This document shows, piece after piece, positions 25,380-38,538 of a stretch of DNA of 64,000 bases (within the stretch, counting starts at the first letter, position 1; each line of letters opens with the position of its first letter). The notes beneath the pieces were generated by a model. That model did no database searches and was not told the DNA's origin. It saw nothing but the letters and a program-made list of their open reading frames with translations. The stretch lies in the NCBI GenBank assembly GCA_038087875.1, contig CM075989.1, positions 1,674,001-1,738,000 of the forward strand, in the 5' to 3' direction. A program made the position numbers and the translations under genes. Source of the DNA: Malacoraja senta. Taxonomy: Eukaryota.

Positions 25380-27930
25380 AGGGCCTGTCCCACTTACGAG
25401 ATTTTTTTTATTGACAGCCGGAAAATAGTCTGTCGCCACATGATTGCGGGGTGACGCGGGGTGACGCGGGGTGACGCCTGTATTGTCGTGTGTTGTCTCC
25501 TCAAGTGTCGTAACTTTTTTCTTGTCGCCGCTGGATTTTGAAATGTTCAAAACCTTTCGGCGACAGTGGGCTGGACGTTGCCTGTCTTCTCCTGTCGCAG
25601 GTGCTGTCGAAGGCTGTCGCCAGGACAACGGCAGGTGACGTTGGTTGTCACCGGGTGATAACCTCGGTGAATTCCATTGGCGACGACGTATGTCATCCTA
25701 CGTCAACTGGCAACAGTACCGGCGTCAAGAGAAGTCACGTTGCGACATTTTTAACAAAGGGGCATGGCTCCATGAGACCATGTGTATATAATTCACCGAC
25801 ATTTACAACTCTTTTTTGTTTGGAACAGAGACCATCACAAAATGGCACCAAGAAGGTGGAAGGTCCAGCAACAGAGCAAGACACAACCCCACCACCACCC
25901 ACCAGGCAGGTTGAGACTGAGGAGACCCAGTTCCAGGATATTGAGGTCCAGGAGGAGGAGACCATGGAGGTGACCATGGAGGTCGGTCATGGCCACAGCA
26001 CCACCCCACCCCTCAAGGCAACACGGACTGCTGCTGCTATTGCTGATCTGGAAACAGATTTTTCAGAGGACACTGATGGCTCAGGTGAGGTGAAGAAGGC
26101 CATGAGAATCATCACACAACTATATGACTTTAGCAGGGAACAAGAGGGGGAGCTGGTTGATTGGTATCTGGCAAACCATGAATTGTACGATTAAAACAGC
26201 AGGCATTATCGGAACAAAGACAAAAAGAAGGTACTGCTTGACACCAAGGTGAAGGAGTTCCCTGGCTGCACCTGCAAGTACCCACTTTCTTTGTTGTTTG
26301 CTGTATTTTTGTTATTATAATTAACATTTAAATTTGTTCCACGCTGATCTTCATTTATTATTTGTTTTCACAGATGCCCAACTGTGCCAATGGTGCAAGA
26401 GCCAGAGGACCAGGTATGGCAAGTTGCTGGATTGTGTGAACAGGTAGCAAATTGATAACCCAGAGGCAGCAACGGATACTCGATAAATGGGCCTTTATAT
26501 AGACTCGTATTGTACGAGTGGAGAGGAGGCAGAGCACCAAGAGGGTGATTATTATTAAAAACATTGTGACATTGATAATTTGATTGTCTTGAAAGTTTGT
26601 AATACACATTTATTATCTTCCAGTTTGACAAGGAGAAGCCACTGCCTATTCTTGGGTCACCCACAAATGGGGCTGATGGTCCCACGACATCAGCATGCCC
26701 ACCAGATTCAATGTTATGATGCTTTTTGAGAATTGGACTTGAAATTCTTTGTCACACTCAGCTTGTGAAAAGTTTTAATTTATTTGCCTTCCAATTCATA
26801 TTGATAGGTTTCTGTGTTTTATCCACAGCCACTGATGGGATCACCGCACATGTCATACCCACCGATGGCCAGCTCACCCAAAGTCAGGTCACCAACACAT
26901 CAGGTAAACATCAGGTAGCCAGCCACTACTTCCACGGGCAATGTCTGGCAGCCTCCAAGAAGGGTCTTCTCCACAATCCCAGCTGGATTCCCAGAATACA
27001 CCAGCCTTGTTACACCCATACACACACTAGTCAGCGCATGGTGCGCTGACAACAACCTGGCCTTTAACTCCAAGAAGACCAAGGAGCTCATTGTAGACTT
27101 CAGGAAGTCTAGGGGCGGCACGCACACCCCCATCCACATTAACGGGAGGGAGGTGGAACGTGTTTCCAGCTTCAGGTTCCTGGGGGTCAACATCTCCGAT
27201 GACCTCTCTTGGACCAACAATACCTCAACTCTGGTCAAGAAGGCTCACCAGCGTCTCTTCTTCCTGAGGAGACTAAAGAAGGTCCATCTGTCTCCTCGGA
27301 TTCTGGTGAACTTCTACCGCTGCACCATCGAGAGCATCCTTACCAACTGCATCACAGTATGGTATGGCAACTGCTCTGTCTCCGACCGGAAAGCACTGCA
27401 GAGGGTGGTGAAAATTGCCCAACGCATCACCGGTTCCTCACTCCCCACCATTGAGTCTGTCCAAAGCAAGCGTTGTCTGCGAAGGGCGCTCAGCATCGCC
27501 AAGGACTGCTCTCACCCCAACCACAGACTGTTTACCCTCCTACCATCCGGGAGGCGCTACAGGTCTCTCCGTTGCCGGACCAGCAGGTCCAGGAACAGCT
27601 TCTTCCCTGCGGCGGTTACACTGCTCAACACTGTACCTCGGTGACTGCCAATCACACCCCCCCCCCGGACACGCCTCCCACCAGGATTATTAGATTTATT
27701 TATTTACTGCTCATATTTATGTCACTTCTAGGGAGATGCTAACTGCATTTCGTTGTCTCTGTACTGTACACTGCACAATGACAATAAAGTTGAATCTGAT
27801 CTGAATCTGAATCTGATCTAGTGACACCAGGGCGTACAATCAGATCAGAGACTCAGCACTCAAGAGTGGACTTGAGTCTGAATCTCAAAGACTTATTGGA
27901 CCCAGATAATCAAGGGTAATGTGTCCATGT
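25380..27930 (+). mobile_element. PIF/Harbinger element, left part, carrying a decayed intron-containing Myb/MADF gene
   Basis: Left TIR AGGGCCTGTCCCACTT. EQEGELVDWYLANHELYD*NSRHYRNKDKK (~26130-26230) and, after an intron-like gap ending TTTTCACAG (26373), AQLCQWCKSQRTRYGKLL resemble a MADF domain. Right TIR not found. Confidence 0.75.
27032..27817 (+). mobile_element. Rex1/Babar LINE 3' fragment
   Basis: ORF 27153-27644 (FRFLGVNISDDLSW..NFYRCTIESILT); (TCTGAA)n tail; CTAGT duplicated at the flanks. Confidence 0.9.
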
Positions 27931-30900
27931 CGCAAAGGTAATGCTACGGTGGTTATGGAAGATTTCAACATGCAGGTAGACTGGGAAAATCAGGTTGGTA
28001 CTGGACCCCAAGAAAGGCAGTTTGTGGAATGCCTCCGAGATGGATTCTTAGTGCAGCTTGTAATGGAGCCGACCAGAGAGAAGGCAATTCTGGATTTAGT
28101 GTTATGTAATGAACCGGATTTGATAAAGAGAACTCGAGGTAAAGGAGCCATTAGCAGGTAGTGACCATAATATGATGTTTTAATCTACAATTTGAGATTG
28201 AGAAGGGAAAATCGGAAATGTCAGTATTACAGTTGAGCAAAGGGGACAATGGAGCCATGGGGGAGGAGCTGGCCAAAGTTGACTGGAAAGATACCCTAGC
28301 AGGGATGACAGTGGAACAACAACGGCAGCTATTTCTGGGAATAATACAGAAGGTGCAGGACCAGTTCATTCCAAAGAGGAAGAAAGATTCTAAGGGGAGT
28401 AAGGGGCGACCATGGCTGACAAGGGACGTCAATGAGAGTAGAAATATAAAAGAGAAGTATAACATAGCAAAGATGAGCGGGAAGCCAGAGGATTGGGAGA
28501 CTTTTAAAGAGCAACAGAAGATACTAAAAAGGCAATACGGGGAGAAAAGATGAGGTACAAAGGTAAGCTGGCCAAGAATATAAAGGAGGATAGTAAAAGT
28601 TTCTTTAGGTATGTGAAGCGGAAAAAAATAGATAAGACCAAAGTTGGACCCTTGAAGGCAGAAACAGGTGAATTTATTATGGGGAACAAGGAAATGGCAG
28701 AGGAGTTGGACAGGTACTTTGGATCTGTCTTCACTGAGGAAGAAACAAACAATCTCCCAAATGAACTAGTGGCCAGAGGACCTAGGATGATGGAGGAACT
28801 GAAGGAAATTCACATTAGGCAGGAAATGGTGTTGCGTAGACTGATGGGACTGAAGGCTGATAAATCCCCAGGCCCTGATGGTCTGCATCCCAGGGTACTT
28901 AAGGAAGTGACTCTAGAAATGGTGGATGCATTGGTGATCATTTTCCAATGTTCTATAGATTCAGGATTGTTCCTGTGGATTGGAGGGTAGCTAATGTTAT
29001 CCCACTTTTTACAAAAGGTGGGAGAGAGAAAACGGGGTATTATAGACCAGTTAGCCTGACATCGGTGGTGTGGAAGATGGTGGAGTCAATTATAAAAGAT
29101 GAAATAGCGTCACATTTGGATAGCAGTAACAGGATCGGTCCGTGTCAGCATGGATTTACGAAGGGGAACTCCTGCTTGACTAATCTTCTGGAATTTTTTG
29201 ACGATGTGACTAGTGAAATCGACAAGGGAGAGCCAGTGGATGTAGTGTACCTGGACTTTCAGAAAGCCTTTGATAAGGTCCCACATAGCAGATTAGTGGG
29301 CAAAATTAGAGCACATGGTATTGGGGGTAGGGTACTGACATGGATGAAAAATTGGTTGGCAGACAGGAAACAAAGTGTAGGGATTAACGGGTCCCTTTCA
29401 GAATGGCAGGCAGTGACTAATGTGGTGCCGCAAGGCTCAGTGCTGGGACCGCAGCTAGTTACAATATACATTAATGATTTAGATGAATGGATTAAAAGTA
29501 ACATTAGCAAATTTGCAGATGACACAAAGCTGGGTGGCAGTGTGAACTGTGAGGAGGATGCTATGAGAGTGCAGGGTGATTTGGACAGGTTGGGTGAGTG
29601 GGCAGATGCATGGCAGATGCAGTTTAATGTGGATAAATGTGAGGTTATCCACTTTGGTGGCAAAAACAGGAAGCAGATTATTATCTGAATGGTGTCAAGT
29701 TGGGAAAAGGGGAAGTACAACGGGATCGGGGGGTACTTGTTCATCATTTACTGAAAGTAAGCATTGTTTAAGAATGAACTGCAGATGCTGGAAAAATCGA
29801 AGGTAGAAAAAATGCTGGAGAAAATCAGCGGGTGAGGCAGCATCTATGGAGCGAAGGAATAGGCAACATTTCGGGTCGAGACCCTTCTTCAGACTGATGT
29901 CGGGGGGGACGGGACAAAGAAAGGAAGTAGGTGGAGACAGTAGGAAATGTGGGAGAACTAGGAAGGGGCAGGGGAAGGAGGAAGAAAGCAACGGCTATCT
30001 AAAAATAGAGAAGCCAATGTTCATACCAATGGGGTGTAAGCTTCCCAAGTGAAATATGAGGTGCTGTTCCTCCAATTTGTGCTGGGCCTCACTCTGGCAA
30101 TGGAGGAGGCCCAGGACAGAAAGGTCAGATTGGGAATGGGAGGTGGAGTTGAAGTGCTGAGCCACCAGGCAATCAGGTTAGTTAAGACGGACTGAGCGGA
30201 GGTGTTCAGCGAAGCGATCGCCGAGCCTCCACTTGGTCTTGCCGATGTAGAGGTTGACACCTGGAACAGTGGATGCAGTAGATGAGTTTGGAGGAGGTGC
30301 TGGTGAACCTCTGCCTCACCTGGAAAGGCTGATTTGGTCCTTGGATGGAGTCGAGGGGGGAGGTAAAGGGACAAGTGTTGCATTTCCTGTGATTGCAGGG
30401 GAAAGTGACAGGGGAGGGGGTGGTTTGGGTGGGAAGGGACGAATTGACCAGGGAGTTCCGGAGGGAACGGTCTCTGCGGAAACCAGAAAGGGAGCAAGAT
30501 CTTCCCATCTCCTCCCCTTTCTGCTTTCCGCAGAATTGACCAGGGAGTTACCGAGGAGGCGTTCTCTGTGATTGGGCTTGTATACACTGGAATTTAGAAG
30601 GATGAGAGGGCATCTTATTGAAACATATAAGATCATTAAGGGATTGGACACGCTAGAGGCAGGAAACATGTTCCCAATGACGGAGGAGTCGAGAACTAAG
30701 GGCTACGGTTTAAAAATATGGGGTAGACCATTTAGAACAGAGATGAGGAAACACTTTTTCATCCAGAGAGTTGTGAATCTGTGGAATTCTCTGCCTCAAA
30801 AGGCAGTGGAGGCCAATTCTCTGGATGCTGTCAAGAGAGAGTTAGATAGAACTCTTTAAGATAGCGGAGTCAAGGGATATGGGAGGAGGCAGGAGCGGTG

Positions 30901-31000
30901 TACTGATTTTGAATGATCAGCCATGATCACAGTGAATGTCAGTGCTGGCTCGAAGAGCCAAATGGCCTACTCCTGCACCTATTATCTATTGTCTATTGTC
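27930..31000 (+). mobile_element. CR1 LINE (endonuclease end, RT, 3' end) interrupted by Penelope
   Basis: KSPGPDGLHPRVLKE, YRPVSLTS, YLDFQKAFDKV, PQGSVLGP, FADDTKL; frameshifted. Confidence 0.9.
29763..30571 (-). mobile_element. Penelope-like element 3' part with rearranged 5' junction
   Basis: PCNHRKCNTC..FQVRQRFT..LIYCIHCSRC (GIY-YIG region); hammerhead-like motif ~29865-29893. Confidence 0.85.
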
Positions 31001-31257
31001 TCCCACACTCCAAAGACATCCAGGTTTGTAGGTTAATTGTTTCTAGTGTGAGTAGAACAGTGTTAATGTGCGGGGATCGCAAGTCGACGCCAACTCGGTG
31101 GGCCGAATGGAGCGTTTTGGCATAGTATCTCTAAACTAAACTAAACCTGCTGAGTTACTCCAGCACTTTGTGTTTTTCTCAAGGTTCTAGCATCTGCAGT
31201 TCCTTGTGCCTTGGTGGTTCAGGTTGGTAGGCTGGGTGCAAGTTTACAGCATATGTG

Positions 31258-31650
31258 GGCGGTGCATCTGATAGAGCTGCTGCCTCACAGTGCCAGAGGT
31301 CAATCTTGACCTCAGGTGCTGTCTGTGTGGAGTTTGCATGTGTCCCTGTGGACGCATGGGTTTTCCTCCGGGCGGTCCGGTTTACTCCCACATCCCAAAG
31401 ACGCATGGGTTTGTAGGTCAACTGGCCTCTGTAAATTGCCCCAAGTGTGTAGGAAGTTCACAAGTTATCAGAGTAGAATTAGGCCATTCAGCCCATCGAG
31501 TCAACTCTGCCATTCAATCATGGCTGATCTATCTTTCCCTCTCAACCCCGTAAATGGGATAACATAGAACTAGCGAGCACGGGTGATTGATGGTTGGCGT
31601 GGACTCAGTGGGCCAAAGGGCCTGTTTCCATGTTGTATTTCTAAACTAAA
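31258..31650 (+). mobile_element. Diverged HE1-like SINE with a small CR1-tail insertion
   Basis: Head, body and CTAAA tail. Confidence 0.7.
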
Positions 31651-32989
31651 GTCACATTTATCTTCTCACAGGGAGAAGGGGTGGGGGAGATGTGGGGGAG
31701 GGAGGGGGGAGGGAGATTGGGGGGGGGAGATGGGGGGGGGCTAGATGGGGGGGGGGAGATGGGGGTATTTACCGGCACTGGAGGGGGTTCAGGCGTCTCC
31801 ACCATCATCACCAAATTTACTCTGCGGCAACATCTTTGACTAGTGAACTGTTTGAGTTATGAACAGTTCATTCGAATGGAACGCTGCCATAATCCAATGA
31901 AGGTAGGAATATAAGGATTTATCCATCTTGGCAGGAAAAATGAAGATGGTGAGAGATTGTAGAGTGTGTGAAGCAGAGGGAACTGGTATATGCCTGGCCA
32001 AATGTAAACGTGCAGGTATAGCGAATAATCAGCAAAAGGAGTTTAGATCAGGTAGGTTTGGGTGGACTGAGCGGAGGTGTTCAGCGAAACGATCACCGAG
32101 CCTGCGCTTGGTCTCACCGATATATAGTCCACACCTGGAACAGTGAGCAGGTACAGTAGGTTACCAGTCTGTAACTGGTTTTCACTGAGCCCACAGCTAA
32201 CAATGGCCTGTTGCCATTATCATCGTTACTTTTTTGCATACATTCATATGTTCTATATCTCTCGACATCACCGTCTATATCTCTCGTTTCCCTTTTCCCT
32301 GACTCTCAGTCTGAAGAAGGGTTTCGACCCGTAACATAACCTATTCCTTTTCTCCAGAGATGCTGTCTTACTTGCTGAGTTACTCCAGCATTTTGTGTCT
32401 CTCTGAAGTTTTCTGTCTGATTGGATTTTTACTCTGCCACTTGGTTGCGTTGTGGCTGTTTAGATGCATGGGTGAATCCACCAGAAAATACAATGTTCTT
32501 ATTATTCATCACACAACATGCACAAGGCTAATCCCTTCAGAATTAAGACGATTGTGATCCGTCGAGCACCCTCCTTTTGAGTTTGTGCTCCTTTTTACTT
32601 TTTCTTTCATCCTCTTATTCTGACGGTGATTTTTATCATGAAGTCTCTCGTGGCACTAAACCTCATTTCTGCTGCAACCAGATAACCACCCTCCATCCTT
32701 CAACATGTTCAAGGAAGCAGGGGGGTCTATAAATCAGTGGCTACTCTTAATCTGCTGAACTGAAGGTTATTCAAAGGGTATCTTCGAAGTTCTTAAACAT
32801 ACCAGGTCTCGCTTTGTCCATTGTTTGTGCTGGTCTTTGCTGTGAACACCAACGTTTGATGTTGTGGCATTGCTTTGTCATTGTCATCATTGGGCTGTTG
32901 TTAATGCAAAATGCTACAGATGGTATTGGTATTGGTTTATTATTGTCACATGTACCGAGAAAGCAACAAATCATGTTTAGCATATCTAC

Positions 32990-33297
32990 TTTAGTTTGGT
33001 TTAGTTTGGAGGTACAGCGTGGAAACAGGCCTTTTAGCCCACCGAGTCTGTGCCGACCAGCGATCCCCACACACTAATACTATCCTGCACACACTAGGGA
33101 CTATTTAAAATCTTACCAAGCCAATTAGCCTACAAACCTGTACATCTCTGGAGTGTGGGAGGAAACCGGAGCACCTGGAGAAAACCCACGCAGGTCACAG
33201 GGGAACATACAAACTCTGTGCAGACAGCATCCATAGTCAGGATCAAACACAGGTCTCTGGCGCTGTAAGACAGCAACTCTACCGCTGCGCCCCCACC
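32990..33297 (-). mobile_element. HE1-like SINE
   Basis: Full family structure. Confidence 0.85.
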
Positions 33298-33495
33298 ATA
33301 ATGCCCATGTCATCTAGTAAAAATATCTATACATGATTCCAATAAAAACTACTGTATACACCATTACAACAGGTAGTGCAAAGAGAAAGGAAAGAGAATG
33401 CAGGATATAGTGTTATAGCTGCTACACTAATGAGAACCGTGAATGTTTCATGGTTTCCCCAGAGCAAGATGAAATCAGGTAACTAAACCTCAAGT

Positions 33496-34828
33496 GTTAA
33501 AGAAGGAACTGCAGATGCTGGAAAATCGAAGGTACACAAATGTGCTGGAGAAACTCAGCGGGTGAAGCAGCATCTATGGAGCGAAGGAAACAGGCAAAGT
33601 TTCGGGCCGAAACCCTTCTTCAGACTGATAGGGGGAGAGAAGAAGAAAGGAAAAAAGGCGGAGGAGGAGCCCGAGGGCTGGGGGAGGGGAGGAGACAACC
33701 AGAGGGCTGATGAAGGGGAGGGGACAGCAAGGGCTAGCAGAATTGGGAGAATTCAATGTTCAAGCCACCAGGATGTAGACTGCCCAAGCGGAATATGAGG
33801 TGCATTTCCTCCAATATCCGGTGTTGCTCGCTGTGGCCATGGAGGAGACCCAGGACAAAGAGGTCAGATACGGAATGGGAGGGGGAGTTGAAATGCTGAG
33901 CCACCGGGAGGTCAGGTTGGTTGTTGCGGACCGACCGGAGGTGTTCGGCGAAACGATCGCCCTTGGTCTCACCGATGTAGATCAGCTGGCATCTAGAGCA
34001 GCGGATGCAATAGATGAGGTTGGAGGAGATGCAGGTGAACCTCTGTCGCACCTGGAACGACTGCTTAGGTCCTTGAATGGAGTCGAGGGGGGAGGTGAAG
34101 GGACAAGTGTTGCATCTCTTGCGGTTGCAAGGGAAAGTACCCGGGGAGGGGGTGGTACGGGAGGGAAGGGAAGGGAAGAATTGACAAGGGAGTTACGGAG
34201 GGAGCGGTCTTTGCGGAAGGCAGACATGGGGGGAGATGGGAAGATGTGGTGAGTGGTGGGGTCACGTTGGAGGTGGCGAAACTGACGGAGGATCACTTGT
34301 TGTATGTGATGGCTGGTGGGGTGAAAGGTGAGGACTAGGGGGACTCTGCCCTTGTTGTGAGTGGGGGGATGGGGAGAGAGAGCAGTGTTGCGAGGTATGG
34401 CAGAGACCCTGGTGCGAGCCTCATCTATGGTGGAGGAGGGGAACCCCCCCTTCCCTGAAAAATGAGGACATTTCGGATGCCCTGGTGTGGAACGCCTCAT
34501 CCTGGGAGCAGATGCGGCGTAGACGGAGGAATTGGGAGTGGGGGATGGAGTCCTTACAGGAAGCAGGGTGGGAAGAAGTGTAGTCCAGATAGCCATGGGA
34601 GTCGGTAGGTTTGTAGTGGATGTCGGTGCTGTCCCCTCCCCTTCATCAGCCCTCTGGTTGTCTCCTCCCCTCCCCCAGCCCTCGGGCTCCTCCTCTGCCT
34701 TTTTTCCTTTCTTCTCCCCACCCCCTATCAGTCTGAAGAAGGGTTTCGGCCCGAAACGTTGCCTGTTTCCTTCGCTCCATAGATGCTGCTGCACCCGCTG
34801 AGTTTCTCCAGCACTTTTGTGTACCTTC
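33496..34828 (-). mobile_element. Penelope-like element with inverted pLTRs
   Basis: GIY-YIG LIYCIRCSRCQLIYIGETK..RFAEH; 33530-33730 is inverted at 34627-34828; 15-bp TSD AACTAAACCTCAAGT (33481, 34829). Confidence 0.92.
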
Positions 34829-35157
34829 AACTAAACCTCAAGTACTTTGTCTGCTCATGGGACCCACACGGGAGTTTATCTTACTATTAACAGCAATCTC
34901 TAAGTATTGAATCAAATTCTCTTTGACCTGCCATCTTCAACTGTGGTTCCAGATCACTTACTTCCAGATCTTCATTGACGTTATGTTTTACTCAGTGAGA
35001 TTAGTGAATATAACACAAACGTTTTACCAAGTTATCCTCAATGTTCAGTCCCAAAGGTTTGTTAGGTGTTGAAGTCAGATTGTGAGGAAGGTAATGAGCA
35101 TGGATCACTTGTGAAGATACTGCCAGATAGTGCAGGGATTATTCCAGAGTTAAGGAA

Positions 35158-35478
35158 TTAGTTTTGTTTAGGTTAGTTTAGAGATACAGCGCAGAAACAG
35201 GCACTTCTGCCCAACGAGTCCACATCGACCAGCGATCCCTGCACATTAACACTATCCTACACACACTTCAGACTATTTACATTTACATCAAGCCAATTAA
35301 CCTACATACCTGTACATTTTTGGAGTGTGGGAGGAAACCAAAGATCTCGGAAAAAACCCACATGGTCACGGGGAGAACGTGCAAACTCCGTACAGACAGC
35401 ACCTGTAGTCCGGATCGATCCCGGGTCTCCGGCGGTGCAAGCGCTGTAAGGCAGCAACTCTACCGCTGCGCCACCATG
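35158..35478 (-). mobile_element. HE1-like SINE
   Basis: Full family structure. Confidence 0.85.
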
Positions 35479-35503
35479 CTGCACATTAGGTGGACCGAGC
35501 AAC

Positions 35504-36103
35504 TTCTTCTGTCGTATGTCTTTTAGACCTGCAGCTCCGTTGAGGCGAGCCAGGCCAACGTGTCATCTTCCAGGTCAATCAGACCTCATTCACCATTCGG
35601 TGGCCGGTGTTTGGGGAAACTGGTGACTATGTGCTCCACTGTCTGTGTTGGGTCCCCACACTCACAGGAGGCGCTCGCTGTCCACGAGGCCCCACCTCTT
35701 CATCGCTACTCCATAGCGTCCGACGCCTGTCCTCAAGCGGTTGAGGGTTGTCCACTGCTTACGGGGCAGGTCCTGGCCAGGGACGTCCATGGGGTCATCG
35801 ATGTAATGGTGTAGCCTAGATGTTTCCGCTGACTTCCACTGGTCTCTCCATCTCATCTTGACCCAGGCAGCCTTGGAAGCATCAGCCGGTGTTGTGCAGA
35901 GCAGCTCTTTGACTTGCATGGCAAAGGGGTGCCGTGACTTGAGGCGCACTCGACGTGGTGTCTCTGTGACGATCTGATGGAGGAGGTGGGATTCACTGGT
36001 CTGTGCCTTTCGAGAGAGGGCCAGCGTGGCTGCTTCTCGTCTGATGTAGGCCGGCGCGATGCCAGTGAGGACGGGCAGTTGGTTTACTGGGGTGGCTCGT
36101 AGG
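35504..36103 (-). mobile_element. Vingi/Ingi-like LINE 3' fragment
   Basis: LPVLTGIAPAYIRREAATLAL..RLKSRHPF..LNRLRTGVGR..CECG..QTVEHIV; GAA-type tail; 9-bp TSD CCGAGCAAC. Confidence 0.75.
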
Positions 36104-36499
36104 CCGAGCAACCATTAAATGAATCAGACCTCTGAAAAAGACAAAACCTGTTCACACTTTAGTCCCCTTTAAACTTTGCACCTCTCACCGTGAAGTTATG
36201 CCCTCTAATCTCTGACATTTCCCCCTGGGGGTGGAAGCATTCTGACTGGCTACCTGATCTTTGCCTCGCATCACTTTATACATTTCTAAAAGGCCTCCCC
36301 TCAACCTCTGACATTCCAGAAATAGCAATACAATTTGGTCATCCTTTCCTTACTGTTAATACCCTTTAATCCAGGCAATGCAAGTGGACAATGCAAGTGG
36401 ACAATGCAAGCAGGGCAGGGCATCTCACAGAGGCCGCAGTCATGGCCATTGCAATTGCAATTCCATGAGTTGCCTCCCTGCTGCTGCCATATGAGATAT

Positions 36500-36890
36500 G
36501 TTCATGTTCATAAGTTATAGGAGCAGAATTAGGCCATTCAGCCCATCAAGCCCATCAAATCTACTCCGCATTCAATCATGGCTGATCTATCTTTCCCTCT
36601 CAGCCCCATTCTCCTGCCTTCTCCCCATCACCCCTGACACACGTACTAACCAAGAATCTATCAATCTCCACCTTAAAGCATCCATTGACTTGGCCTCCAC
36701 AGCCATCTGTGGCAACGTATTCCACAGATTCCACACTCTGAGTAAAGAAATCCCTCCTCCTTCCTAAAGAAATGTCCTTTTATTCTGAGGTTTTGACCTT
36801 TGATCCTAGACTCTCCCACTAATGGAATCATCTTCTCCACATCCACTCTATCCAAGCCTTTCACTATTTGGTGAGTTTCATTGAGGCCCC
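36500..36890 (-). mobile_element. CR1 3' fragment
   Basis: KGLDRVDVEKMIPLVGES; CR1 3' UTR. Confidence 0.8.
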
Positions 36891-36943
36891 CTTTTGCAAA
36901 ACACCTGCTCAACCACTAGGTTATCCACTAGGTCATCCACTAG

Positions 36944-37785
36944 AGGCGCCGCATTGAAGGCAGCCTCTGTTCCTTTTTCAATCTTTTTTATAATTTTTAG
37001 TCAGTTTTAAAGTTTGTTTTGGGGATTCCTTTAACTTTTCTATGTGGGGGAGGGGGGTAGGGTAAGGGGGAAACTGTTTCCCAGTCGTTTCCTGGCGAGA
37101 ACGCAACTATTTCTCCGAGTCGCGTCATCGCCCCCCTCCTCGCGGCCTACCACCTGGATTGGAGTGGCCTTTCCTGCCGGGGGGACTGGACCAGAGCTTC
37201 AACAGCAGCGGCGCAGCGCTGGAGTCACCGCGGAGCGGAGCGGGCGATGCCTCACCTGGATCGCCGTTTGGAGCTCCGGAGCGTTGGGCCGCTGCTCCAA
37301 CACCACGGAGCTGTGGTTTGGGAGAGCTTCCAGCGCGGCCGGCGCTGTCTTCAACATTGCGGAGACCTGGGGCCATTTGCCGAGGGCCGCCAGCGTTGAA
37401 TCTCCGCCCGGCGCGGCCTGAGGACTTCGGGAGCCACGGACTCTGGTAGGAGGTGGCCGCTTCGGATGTCCAAGCTGCGGAGGATGCCCTCCAGTCCCGA
37501 CGTCGGACTTCCATCACCCCGGCGAGCGGGCTTGAACATCGGGCCGCCCGTAGTGGCGACAGCGGGGGCTCGGGAGCCCCCCGACCACGGGAGGACAACA
37601 GAGGAGGACGATTGAATTTTGGAGCCTTCCCTCACAGTGGGAAACTTTGATCCCGCTGTGTGGGGATGTCTGTGTTAATAACGATCGTGTTCTGTGCTCT
37701 TTATTATTCGTATGGCTGTATGGTGACCACACATTTCACTGTAACAATTGGTACCTGTGACAAATACATGTATCTTGACCTTGTA
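36944..37785 (+). mobile_element. Non-coding GC-rich retroposon with Rex1-like tail
   Basis: GGCGCC..GCAGCCTC head, T tract, G-run, CpG core, GTGACAAATA tail. Confidence 0.6.
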
Positions 37786-38538
37786 ACCTCAAAATGCTGC
37801 TCCCAAAGTAGTGGTGCAGATTCTGTCCATCAAGAGTTTCAAAAAGCTAATCTTCATCACAAAACCAACCCAGGAAAAATATGTGCAGAGCATATACGTG
37901 TGACATTCTTCAACTTTATGTAAAACCTTGTCTCCATCAACTGATATGAAGGATCCTTCTTAAATTTCAACGTCTTCATCTTACATCTTGTCCATAATGT
38001 TACAATCCTCAGCTGTGCATCCACCGCACTCCCTATCTCAGTGTAGACTGGGGTCAGGCAAGGGTTTTTTAACGAGCATCTTCTTAACGACTTCACAGCA
38101 ATGCTTCACCTCACCTCCAAAAGTCTCCTTGCATGATAAGTCAGAAAGCTTTCAACCTTCACTGCCTCAGTCTAGTTTAGTTTAGTTCAGTTTATTGCCA
38201 CATGTACCAAGGTAAAGTTTAAAAACAATTGTTGCATGCTAACCAGTTAGCCGAAAGACAATACATGATTACAATGGAGCCATCCAGTGTACAGATACAT
38301 GATACAGGGAATCACATAAATAATGTTTAGTACAAGATAAAGCCAGTAAAGTCTGATCAGAGATGGTACGAGGGTTCAGGGCTGCTCTGTACTCGTTGGT
38401 CGGATGATTCATTACCTAATAACAGCTGGAAAGAAACTATCCCTGAATCTGGAGGTGTGCCCTTTCTCACACTTCTATCCCTTTTACCCAATGGGAGAGG
38501 GGAAAAGAGGGAGTGGCGAGGGTGCACCTCATCCTTGA

